Shown here: positions 53,548-64,000 of the stretch, piece after piece
How positions within the stretch are numbered: the first letter of the stretch is position 1
Layout: every line of letters starts with the position of its first letter
From: Oopsacas minuta
Lineage: Eukaryota > Animalia > Porifera
Direction of reading: 5' to 3'
NCBI GenBank assembly: GCA_024704765.1
Contig: JAKMXF010000295.1
Span: 478,109 to 542,108, forward strand
Length of the DNA: 64,000 nt
Notes under the pieces: model-generated
The model's input: the letters and a program-made list of their open reading frames with translations, nothing else
Databases searched by the model: none
Told to the model about the DNA's origin: nothing
Made by a program: the position numbers and the translations under genes

Positions 53548-53976
53548 GTACAACAATAGAGGTCTAGTAATTTTTGATTCCTTAAATATAGCTTAGCTAT
53601 GATACAGTTTTTCGTAATAATACAAAAACCCCATGTCAACAGAATAACGATGAAATTTGTAAATTGTTGGAAAGTAAATTGGAGGGCGATAGAAATAGAC
53701 TTTGATGACAGTAAAAGTGAAGGTAATATGATCTAACCTAGAATATATATGTGAGTCATTATAGCTTCAAAACTTCTGCTGCCTACTTGAGAGGTACACA
53801 ACTGAATACATCAACTCAACTCGTAACACAGTAAATCAAGACTATGCAAGGATCATATAATCTTATAATCTGATGTATTCTGTGAATTTTGATCAATGTT
53901 TTCGTATTTATTGAACTGAATATCAATTCACCAATAAATAAAACTATATTTAGATTCACAAATCATTTCGTATTAC

Positions 53977-54423
53977 ATCAAACAGTTGATATTGCAGTAA
54001 TCTATATGCGTTACTATAGTTAGAATGGATTAGAATGTTTCATTAAATTTGTGTGCTTAGTACAAATCTAATAGAGACTCGATTCTAACAAGCCAGTTTT
54101 CAAATGTAAATATCTCAAAAAGTTTTGCTTATTTTACCATAATATTTTAAACATATAAACGTCCATACAGCAGGAATACATGCCCATGATTTCAGGAAAA
54201 AATAATTTGTTTAAGTATACTAAATTCATATGTGGACTACTGCTGGTTAGATGCACCAATTTCCATTAGAAAAAATTAAAGTTTATAAAATATAAATTTA
54301 TTTTCAGAAACGTCCGTATCTCTTCTTTCGAATGGCCTAAAGATATTTACATTCTGACTATGGGATTGGTCAAATTAATGGTTGAAGTACGCTGGTCGAA
54401 TATTCACCCAACTTCACACTCGT
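53977..54423 (-). repeat. Right long TIR of the foldback-like MULE
   Basis: It is the reverse complement of 47105-47554. Confidence 0.95.
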
Positions 54424-56310
54424 ATACTACAATGCATGTTGTTACTGTTCTCATAATATCTAATATTAGGAATTCTGGCTGGGGGAAATCCAAGGGCGCC
54501 CCCCACCCCTTGTATGAAACCCTGATCTATATTTCTTGACGAGCGAAATATCAGATTGAATTTTGGCAATTAACAACATACTATTATTAGCTGTTAACTG
54601 TAACAATTGCAACTTGCGTTGGCTAACAGCAGCTACTGCCGGGCTGTTTCTATTCTAGTCGCATTGATGTCATGATCCTTGTGTAAGTGCAGGAAGGATT
54701 TCAGATTATACATATTTACAAATACCCTTTTTACACAAACATGCTGAAGAATTAGTTTAACGAAGAGATTAGAATTTACAGACAGTTTACATGCAAACGG
54801 ACCGAAAGAGTAATATAGAGAAAGTCCCACTGCAACAATTCAACTTGTGCATTCCACATCAGCCCACACATAGGAGCAACCACGATAATATCTAATCCCA
54901 TTCCTCTACCGCTAGCGTATAGACTCAAAGGTTCCTAGAACAGCAAACGGGTTTGCACCTAGATTACAACCTGAATTATTAAGTTGGATCCGGTCATTTG
55001 CAGCTAGAAATTAGGTGTATAAAAGCAGTAATTATAAAGGTTGTAGCTTGCCTCCTTTAATTGCTGCCAGGCTTTCTGAAGCCAGTGCGATAAAATGACA
55101 AGCAGGGGACCAGTTTTGTTTTGTTAAATATATCTTAAATTTGGAACATTTCTAAGCAATAAATGAATCCTAGATAAGATACCTTTGAAATGTTCTTGAT
55201 TATTATTTAGCAGCATTAATGGTGCATAATACCTATTGTTATGATAGCTGGAGAGGTCCAAGTAGTATTTTTGGCTAGATGACGCCAAGACTTACCTTTT
55301 TCCATTTTAAACCTAAGCGATGCTAATTATAGTTTTTCGAGATATACTGTGTAACCAGGTTTAAATTGACCGTTTATAATAGTAATAACTACAAAATACG
55401 CAGGCTAATAAATTCATAAAAGAATCAATCAACTGACGAAAGCGTTAATATAACCGCAAGATTGATTATATGTGCATTCTTATGGTAGTTTGTATAGAAT
55501 TCATCAGCAATATTCCAGTATTGTGGCTAATACAATTTTCTCCATAGGATTAGGGCTTATTTAGGAGATTTTTCGTAACTTCGTCAGTTTTCATCCGATT
55601 TTTGAGTTTCCAAAGCTCTATCAGTATCTCTCAACGAGTTCTTTAACAGTGCATATAGGGATTTTTGACCACATTAAAAAGTTGGTGGGGGGGTGTCAGA
55701 TTCTATGGTTGTACAAAAGTAGGACATAGTAGCTTGATTCAGTGTACACAAAACGATCTTGTCCACAATTAAGAGAATCATTACCTGGACCATAACTTAC
55801 TATCCTGTAGATACAGAGCCTATTTTGAGTAAGTAAGAAATAAATTGCATGAAATAGAATCACAAGTTTCATCAAGTCATTGATAAAGTCATTAGCCCTA
55901 ATCTTTTGTCCCATATAATCTAGAAAAGCATTGTACAGCAAAAGGATAATGTTTAGTAAATAATCATGGATTTCCAGGTAATTACATGGTGTTTTATTGT
56001 GTACAGGACTATAGGTGGTTTTTGTTTGGGACATTCAACATTTGCATTGAAGCTATCTCCCAAAAGGGGACATTTCTCTATTTATACTATTAAATGCAGC
56101 AAAGGTTTGAATGAACTTATGAGCGAATTGGAAATTGAGAAGTTCTAGGGCAAAAAAGTGATTTACTATTGCCTAGCTACGCAACTGCAGCAGAGTGTAT
56201 TTATGTGCTGGATACCAATCAACATATCGGTGAATCCACTTATACACCATTGTTATTGCAATTTAGATAACGTATTTCTATAATATATATACATAACATA
56301 TATAAATATA

Positions 56311-57652
56311 CAGGGTGTTTCAAAAGTCTTGGCACCTCGAGTAACGTAAATTATATACTACATAGCATACACACACTATCGATTTTATTGGCCAATATAA
56401 TCACCATGCAATTCTATTACTTTTCTAATCCTATCAGGCATGCCACTAACTAAATTATTTAAAATATCAGCATCAATACTGATCCAGGCGAATTTGAGGT
56501 TCTGAATTAGGTTCTGAATTGTGTTCACTTGACCTAACTTATCCACCCTATCAACTAATATAGACCATAAATCCTCGATAGGATTCAAGTCAGGAGAGTT
56601 GGCTGGTCACTCGGCTTTCTTCCAAAAGCGGGGGAAATTGTTTGTGCACCATTCTTGCGTAGCTTTAGCCGTGTATGCTGGAGCACCGTCCTGCATGAAT
56701 AAAAAATCCGACATGTTTAACAACATTGATCTTTCCACAATGCTACCTGTTTAGAAGAACGGATAATGGCATCAAGACAAGTAACCCCTAGTATATTATC
56801 ACGGTAATATGCTGCGTCTACAGATTGCTTTTGAGGAATTATGTGCAATTCTGACAAGGCACGGTATGACATCATGCCCCATACCATGACTTTAGCAGGA
56901 AATTTCACCTTGAAAACTGGGCTGATATCTTTGCCATTTTTGCTCCACACTCTATCGTTCTGTCGGTTTGGTGTTGAAAATAGTTCGAAGGGCGATTCGT
57001 CCGATCAAAGAACCTTTCTCCAATCTTCAATAGTCCAATCCTTATGATTGTGGGCGAACAAAAGCCGATTTCCCTTGACCCTCTCAGTAATTCGCGGGAT
57101 TTGGGGCCGTTTGAATGCTCTAGCACCAAGATTTTTTGTCAGATGTCGATAGACAGTCGAAGAAGAAGCAGAATAGCCCTTTTCAGCTAAGCTCTTGGCT
57201 ATATTTCGGGTTGAATGTCTTCGTTTCTCCAAAGATTTCGCTATTACTATCTTAGCGGCCCGATTTAGAGTTTTCGGACGGCCAGACCTTGCCTTTGTCT
57301 CCAATGAATGACCACATTTAGCTGCTGCCCACCATCTTTTAATGGAACGTAATCCAACACCTAACCTCAGAGCAACATCTTTCAGTGATACACCAGCTTC
57401 CAACATGCCTATTGCTTTAGAACGGACTGCAATTCCATGATCTCTGACATTCATTATCTAGTGTTTACGAATTACAAAAAAACGAAAAAAATTGTGATTA
57501 TCGACAATATATAAGGTATTAGGGTGAATAATGCGTTAGAATACTTGAACTGACATTATAATAAGATAGTATCCAGATCTAACAGTATTTACATTGATAA
57601 ACTAGATAGATGGTTTCATTAGAATAGGTGCCAAGACTTTTGAAACACCCTG
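56311..57652 (-). mobile_element. Tc1-like DD37E element, 1342 bp; transposase at 57454-56385 with two stops and one frameshift
   Basis: The 27-bp TIRs CAGGGTGTTTCAAAAGTCTTGGCACCT are perfect and have TA flanks. The motifs are *SDESPF and MQDGAPAY..ANSPDLNPIE (37 residues). Confidence 0.96.
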
Positions 57653-60600
57653 TATATTGTCCTTGAACTAATTCAGATTGCACAATTTTAGGGACAACGT
57701 ATTATTAATAGCACAATTTTGAATTTAGAAACCTATGATTTTTATAATTACACTATAGCTAAAATTGTATCAATAAATTGTCATTCGGAATGTCTATCGG
57801 GCTAACTTTGAAAAGCAGTATAATCAAGATAGAACTAATCATAAGAATCCATAATGTATTATATTCTAGGTTTACTGCTATGATCACTTTACAGTAGTCC
57901 GAGCTGGGCCGAAAGGTTATACGACCTTTAGAAAATTATGTAGTAGTATATTATTTATGTTTTGGCAGCCTTTTCATAGGAAAATATTGTAAAAAGGCAC
58001 TTCCAGATCCTATAGAATAATTCAATTGAATTTGGCTAATGCGAATAAATACGCTAATCAGAACAATATTTTGCAATTGGAACAGTATTGTTCCGATTAG
58101 CAAAGGTGCACTGTGCCCAAAGCGATCCTGTGTGCAGGGACGGATTATAGGTACCTTGAACTCCGGGCGGACACCAACCATGGGCCCCTTGGCCATGTTG
58201 GCCATCGCTTCATTCGTAAATTATGGCTATTTAATGATAACTAGCGCGCTTCGCTTGCGAAGACAATTTCTGGTCAGTGGGTACTTGTGGAGTAGCTAGA
58301 GGAACCAAAGATATTTTCATGGTTTCAGTTGGAGCTCGTTCAACTGCAATTCTAATTCCACCAATAAACACCTATATATTCTACCTGGGACTACTATAAT
58401 ATCTGATCAATAGGCATCTTATAACCTAATTAACCCTGGAACTTTCCCTCACTTGACTGTAAACCATAGTTAAAACTTTGTTAACCCGACTACAGGTTCA
58501 CATACAGAGACAATTAAAGGTATGGGGGCATATTAAAAAGCGAACAAGAAATCACCACCACAAATCTAGACCTATTGGACACCTACTTAATAGTGCTGGC
58601 GTAAAAGTTTGGGCACAATTCATTCGAGAATATAATAATGGAAATTAGAGACCACTTCCATGTAGTTTAGTTGATTCTTCGTATTCTCATCTGTACCTGT
58701 ACGTAATTGTAGTATATTAGTATTCTAATTAGTAATAATTATCCACTTCATCATATTTACATATATTTCATGGCTTTTAAGAATCATTGACAAAATGAAT
58801 CGGGAAAATAATAATTGATAATCCAACATACATGGCCTACTATACAAGAGCATGCCCCCCGCAAACCTCTCCGTATTTGCAGGAAATGAAATTTTTAACA
58901 GTTGTTTTCTATTAGCTTTGTTGGTTTCAAATTTGTTTGTTTTAAAAGTAGATGTTTTTGTTGAAGTTTGTTTTCTAGATGCCTAGTTTAGCTAATGTTC
59001 AGCCCTACTTCTTCGAGACTCTTACCTCTCACTCAGTTTATGAGTCGTGTTATATATTTAATAATTGTTTAGTTTACTTACTATCTAGATTTATTTATTA
59101 CAATTCAAGTATGTCTTTGGATGGCTGCTTTATTTTCCCTTTTGATAGACATTAGCTACACAACCCATGTTAGTCTACACTTTTGTGTTTGATTGTTATC
59201 ACCTGATTATTCTCCTTAAAAATGTATATTTTTCATGTAGGACACCAAGTCATGGAATTTTCTTGCAATTCAAGATGAATATGTTGAATGATTTAATTGA
59301 TATTCCCAGCGAGATGGCTTCCACAAAAAAACTTGTCTCCAGGCCCAGTCTCTTAGTTCGCCAAATCCCGGCGCCGCCCCTGGAAAAGAAGGAATTATAA
59401 ATTACCAAACTTTAAGATAAGTCTTATTAAATGGGTGTAGTTAAAACATACTGAACTGTTTAGATGCTGCTAAACTCCCCATTAAACATTAAGACTTAAG
59501 GGTTTAACACCGTCAATTCACTTTGATGCTAGTATTTGTTAAATTGCAAAACTCTTACATAGAAATAGTGTAAAACGAGTACATGAATGCATTTGTAAAG
59601 CTAGTGCTGGTGGCTAGGTTACACAATCCCGGAAATCCGGCGTTACTGGGATTAGAAATACTCAATCATCAAATCTCGAGATTTAAATCCTTCTGGTGGC
59701 TGACCAGTTGAGGCTCATGCAGTCCTTTTCAATTAACATATTCAACAAGAAATTATGACTATCCGAAATTGTGGTAACCTCACGAATCTGTTATCATTTA
59801 TACAATAAGGTCTCAAAATTCTTGATGGAACTTGACTGAGTTAGTACATGAAAACTTCTACTATATGTCTGGGGTGTAAGTCCTGTACTGCCCGGGAATA
59901 TGTATACTGATATCCCCCATTCAATAGAAAAAATGTTAGTTCTATAGGCCATGAGTAAGCACATCTGCCCTACTTTATATTACTAAAGTCTAACATGGGC
60001 CGCCTCACTTTGCATGAGCTTCCTACTACCCTGAATACAGTAGAATCTCTATAAATTGGGATGGTTAGGCCGCGAATCTGCAGATAACCTCCACACTTCT
60101 CATGGATTAATTAAACTTTACTAAAACAGCGATGTCAAAACTTACTACAATTATATCATATCTGTATACAATAATATTGGTGTTAATGGATTAGTTCTCG
60201 TTGATATTTAGCATTTTCAAGTCCAGAGGGCCTGAAACGAAGCACTTGAAAGCATCTTAATAACGTTATATATGTCAGTGTAATTTTGGAGGCACACCGA
60301 TTGGGAACTACTGCACTATAATATACACTACTGGCAGCATTGCAACTTATTGATTTCATATAGCTACTGCAGTAAATATTACAGTTCAATCAACAAATGA
60401 ACTCCATATCATTGTTTAGCATAAAACATTGCGAAACAATCACAGATCTAAGACTTGATAGTATACTATTAGCCACAATTTGGCTTGCTTAAGAAACAAA
60501 AGTTTGATGAACTATTATAAGTGTTTTAATCAGCAATAGTGTGTAAAAGGAAGTGTTTTCAATGAGAAGGTTTACTCACTTGGAAGTATAACCACAAAAC

Positions 60601-61529
60601 AATAGAAATGCAACTAGTATAAAGTGATAAAGATTCCCATAGGGGTTGCTTATAAACTATAAAATACAATAACCTGATCAATTTTGCCTCGATTTTGGCC
60701 CGGTTTGTGGCTATCTTCATCATTTGACCTACTCTATCAGATACAAATAACAGTATTTCTGAGATATTTAAAAATCAGGGTGAGGTAAGATACTAAAATT
60801 GTACCCAAATATTTTGAAATGTTGTTTACAATATTATATTCAGAATCAGCGTACTTGATTACCCCAGTACAATGTTTTGTTGATGTTATTTTGTGTAATA
60901 TTTGGTTCTGGACTTTATGAAGTGAACCTATATGTTTTCTATATCGGAGCTTGACAGACACATATACATGAATTGAGATTTATGAACAAATTTCGAATTT
61001 TAGCTGAAAACCTGTGCTTTGCCGTTTTCGAACTTTGAAAATTCATTATTTTTTATAATGAAAGACTTGAAATCTGGCTTTTCGTTTCACGCATTCCATT
61101 AATCTATGCGAAATCCTCGGTGCAGCGACCCGAGGAGGTGCTTACGTAAGACATGATTGAAAACTATCTGAAAAGAAATGTCAATTTCACCATATTCGTG
61201 AATTCCTGAATGAAGGTTCTAAGTAGTTCTTATTCCCATAATATCCAAGGTGAGACTCACTTATCTTATACAATCTCACATCCATTTTACTTTTCGACTT
61301 TAAATATTTCTGGGGAATTCTTACAGTGATTCATAACGAAATGAACAATTTACTCCATAATTGTGGATAGATTTGCTAAAAGCTTTCCATTTCATTACAA
61401 AGGCTAGCCTAATCAAACTATCTTAAACGAACATACGGAAAGATTTTTACAAAAGTTAACAACTATGTATTCCAATCACATTTTGTTGTAGTGCTAATAT
61501 TTTATCACTTACTCAATAGATTATAACTA

Positions 61530-62759
61530 ATGAGGGGTCAGAGAACTCACGAGATTCTCCCCCGTATTGCTCCTCAGCTTCAATTTAATAAGAAATCACT
61601 TGTTTGTTCTTACTCCAAAGAAGGTCATCACGCACCAGCCCTTCTAATGTGGAATTATCCTCTTCACCGTTCATGGAAATATTTTGAAGTTGAGATTATT
61701 GATGGGGCTAAAGCTTGTGAAATTTCCATCGGTTTAACACATGCAACGTATTCACTCTCACGGCATGTAGGTTTGGACTCGAATAGTTTGGGATATCATG
61801 CAGTTAATGGTAACTTGTACCATGCTTCAGGAGCAGGTCAAGATTTCGGATCCTCTTGTACTATTGGTGATATTATGGGTTGCGGCATTGATTATGATTC
61901 ATCAATTTCCCAGGGAATGGCACAGGTATATTTTACAAAAAATGGTGAACGAATTAGAGATTGTATCGAAATTAATATTGCCAAAGGAGGTCTATTTCCG
62001 TCATTTGCATTAAATTCACAAGGAGAAAAAGTCCGGCTAGTCCTTAACCCTAATTCTCAATCAGATGAAGATGAAGATGTAGTAATGGCTGATCCTAATC
62101 AACTGCTTCCAGAATTTCCCTACGGTTGGGCGAGAGTAAATACTGGCATATATTTTGATGAGAATGGCTCGTTTATTGAACATCTTGGCGGTTCTCGTGG
62201 CCAGGATGGTCTCTCTCTGATTCAATGGAGTCAACCAATAACCAGATCATTTAACTCATTTAAACTTGAGATAATTCATGTTGTTGAAGCCATTGCCATT
62301 GGTTTGGCTAGTCCTGCTTACCCTTTTGATCAATTCCCAGGCTGGCAGAATAAATCGATTGCTTATCACTCTGATGATGGACGTTGTTTCCACGGTACAG
62401 GTTGGGGAAATCTTTATGGCCCGTCATGTACTTCAGGAGATACTATGTCTCTGTGGGTCAATTTCAACTATTTCGAGGAAGGTGAGGAAAGAAAATCTGA
62501 AAAACCCGACTCGCATATTCAGAGCATGAAAGAATTGCCTCTATTTGGTGATGAATATGATGATGAATCCCTTTCCGACAGTTCTAGCAATGAAGGCACA
62601 ATATATGAAAAGCAAGAAATAAGTGTTGTGTTTTATAAAAATGGACAAAGGTTAGAATCGGTTAAGACAACAATACCTGAAGAAGGTTATTTCCCAACAA
62701 TTGGATTAATGAAAAATGGAGAGAAAATCAAAGTAAATATGCAACCATATTCAGGTTAA
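61530..62759 (+). CDS. SPRYD3: SPRY domain-containing protein 3 homologue, 409 aa, uninterrupted ORF
   Basis: It has tandem SPRY repeats (YFEVEIID..GYHAVNG..GDIMGCGI..YFTKNGE; IAYHSDDG), an acidic insert, and the C-terminus GYFPTIGLMKNGEKIKVNMQPYSG, matching remembered human SPRYD3 GFFPTIGMLSCGEKVKVDLHPLSG. Confidence 0.92.
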   Translation: MRGQRTHEILPRIAPQLQFNKKSLVCSYSKEGHHAPALLMWNYPLHRSWKYFEVEIIDGAKACEISIGLTHATYSLSRHVGLDSNSLGYHAVNGNLYHASGAGQDFGSSCTIGDIMGCGIDYDSSISQGMAQVYFTKNGERIRDCIEINIAKGGLFPSFALNSQGEKVRLVLNPNSQSDEDEDVVMADPNQLLPEFPYGWARVNTGIYFDENGSFIEHLGGSRGQDGLSLIQWSQPITRSFNSFKLEIIHVVEAIAIGLASPAYPFDQFPGWQNKSIAYHSDDGRCFHGTGWGNLYGPSCTSGDTMSLWVNFNYFEEGEERKSEKPDSHIQSMKELPLFGDEYDDESLSDSSSNEGTIYEKQEISVVFYKNGQRLESVKTTIPEEGYFPTIGLMKNGEKIKVNMQPYSG

Positions 62760-63869
62760 TTTTTCATGTCCTCCTTCATGCCATATTGTAAATTTCCTCA
62801 ATATTTATGCCATCATGTGCTTTCTTATCTTGTACGTTACACTTTTTCCTTTTCCCAACAATATGCCTCTACTCTGTATTGCGCTAACTTCTTCATGAAA
62901 TAGTTATCAATCGAATTTATAGCTATTTATGATATTTTTTTTCTCAAATTAGTTTCTCCTAGCGGGCTTGCTCGCAGTTAAGTTCCCATGGGAGAAATGG
63001 GGTCAATGTCAACATTGGGGTTAGATTTGATATTGAATTCGCCCTGGAAAGGAGTAAAACGCTAATTTAGTTTGCCCTAACACACATCAAAGGGTAGCAA
63101 ATTCACGATAACAACAGGATTTCACTCAATACCAGGATTTGCAATACATGCAGCTTAGCTGACCACAAAAGCTTTCCAAATAACTCAAATATTTACTAAT
63201 CTGAGCTGGCTCGCCCGTTCGTTATATAATTTTGAAACATATACCCCGCATTAATTATATATTGTGAGTTTAACTGTTGTTATTCATCAGTTTGAGTTGA
63301 GTATCAAAATATATAGGAAAATGTATATCGTCTCAATCAAGTCGCAACATTTCCTATATAAACGTAATTAGGCTAACATGTATTGACTATATTATGAATT
63401 CCTGATTCGATATTATTCAGTATGTGCCAAAAATTAAATACTGTATTTTGCTTCGATTGCTAGAAATTAAACGTTTACCCAGAGATAGTAATTAGGTTAT
63501 ACATTATTTTCAGGACAACCAAACTAGAAATTTATGATTAAACAATGGCAATTATCCGAAAATTGATGATAACGAATATTTAAATGTAATTAACCCCCAA
63601 CGATCTAAATACTTTGTACAAAAATATTTAAGAAACTTTGGAGATTAAAATAGTATTTATATATATTTCTGGTGTCGCCACTTAGAAATTCATTGGAGTG
63701 ATATAATATCCATTTCACATATTTAAGAAGGATTGTATCCTAATACATATGTAATGGAATTGAAATAGATAAAAGAGATTCAGAAGGAAAATCTCAAATC
63801 ACAGTTTGTGCCCAAGTGATTTCACTATAATTTTAGTAGGTTGAGTTTATAAAATTCTACCAAATAAAC

Positions 63870-64000
63870 CAGGGGTTTTCAACCAGGTGGTCGTGGAAGG
63901 TAGGAATTTTTACTGAATTTCAGTGATTCTATTACTATTAATTTGTGGTTAGTGTCGCATTGCGTAATTAGAAACCCTATTGTCATTATATGACATCATT
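63870..64000 (+). repeat. Buster-type hAT terminus running off the window
   Basis: CAGGGGTTTTCAACC is preceded by AAATAAAC (nnnTAnnn). The partner end is outside the window. Confidence 0.5.

Larger units (their letters stand above)
47105..54423 (+). mobile_element. Foldback-like MULE (NOF-type) with long TIRs, 7319 bp including a nested DD37E element
   Basis: It starts ACGAGTGTGAAG and ends CTTCACACTCGT. A perfect 9-bp TSD ATACTACAA lies at 47096-47104 and 54424-54432. The TIRs are about 450 bp and nearly identical. Confidence 0.93.
47020..54524. mobile_element. Small hAT-like MITE (about 180 bp of its own sequence) split by the foldback-like MULE
   Basis: A perfect 14-bp inverted pair, TCAGGGTTTCATAC (47019-47032) and GTATGAAACCCTGA (54512-54525), has G/C-run subterminal sequence on both sides. 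No TSD was recognised. Confidence 0.6.

Noticed and set aside
54600-54900. Cys-rich minus-strand stretch
   Set aside because: It has several stops in every frame and no consistent Cys spacing of a known domain.
58135-59382. CAGGGACGG.. and ..CCGCCCCTG as a hAT MITE pair
   Set aside because: The ends match only in the first 9 bp and the flanking 8-mers differ, so they are probably two unrelated ends.

Overview
This is AT-rich eukaryotic (metazoan, probably invertebrate or non-bilaterian) genomic DNA dominated by decayed DNA transposons. The taxon is an inference; there are no prokaryotic signals, rRNA, tRNA or CRISPR array. Elements whose ends I could locate cover about 28.6 kb (about 45% of the window), and none has an intact transposase. 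They comprise eight ITm-superfamily copies with TIRs and TA flanks (four DD37D/maT-like, three DD37E, one DD34D mariner) plus an older mariner remnant, a Buster-type hAT with a perfect 8-bp TSD, a non-autonomous hAT, a ZMYM1-like hAT split by a nested DD37E copy, a Chapaev3-like element spanning a 690-N gap, and a PHD-FLYWCH-MULE with introns. The host genes I can support are SPRYD3, CFAP107/C1orf158, the last exon of an NR2-type nuclear receptor, a tentative Borealin-like gene and a DEAH-helicase pseudogene. The most unusual structure is a 7.3-kb foldback-like MULE at 47105-54423. It has TIRs of about 450 bp, a perfect 9-bp TSD, a NOF-like DDE transposase followed by an OTU cysteine-protease domain, and a second unidentified divergent ORF. 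It sits inside a MITE and hosts a DD37E element. All family calls come from recognising motifs by eye; no database search was run.
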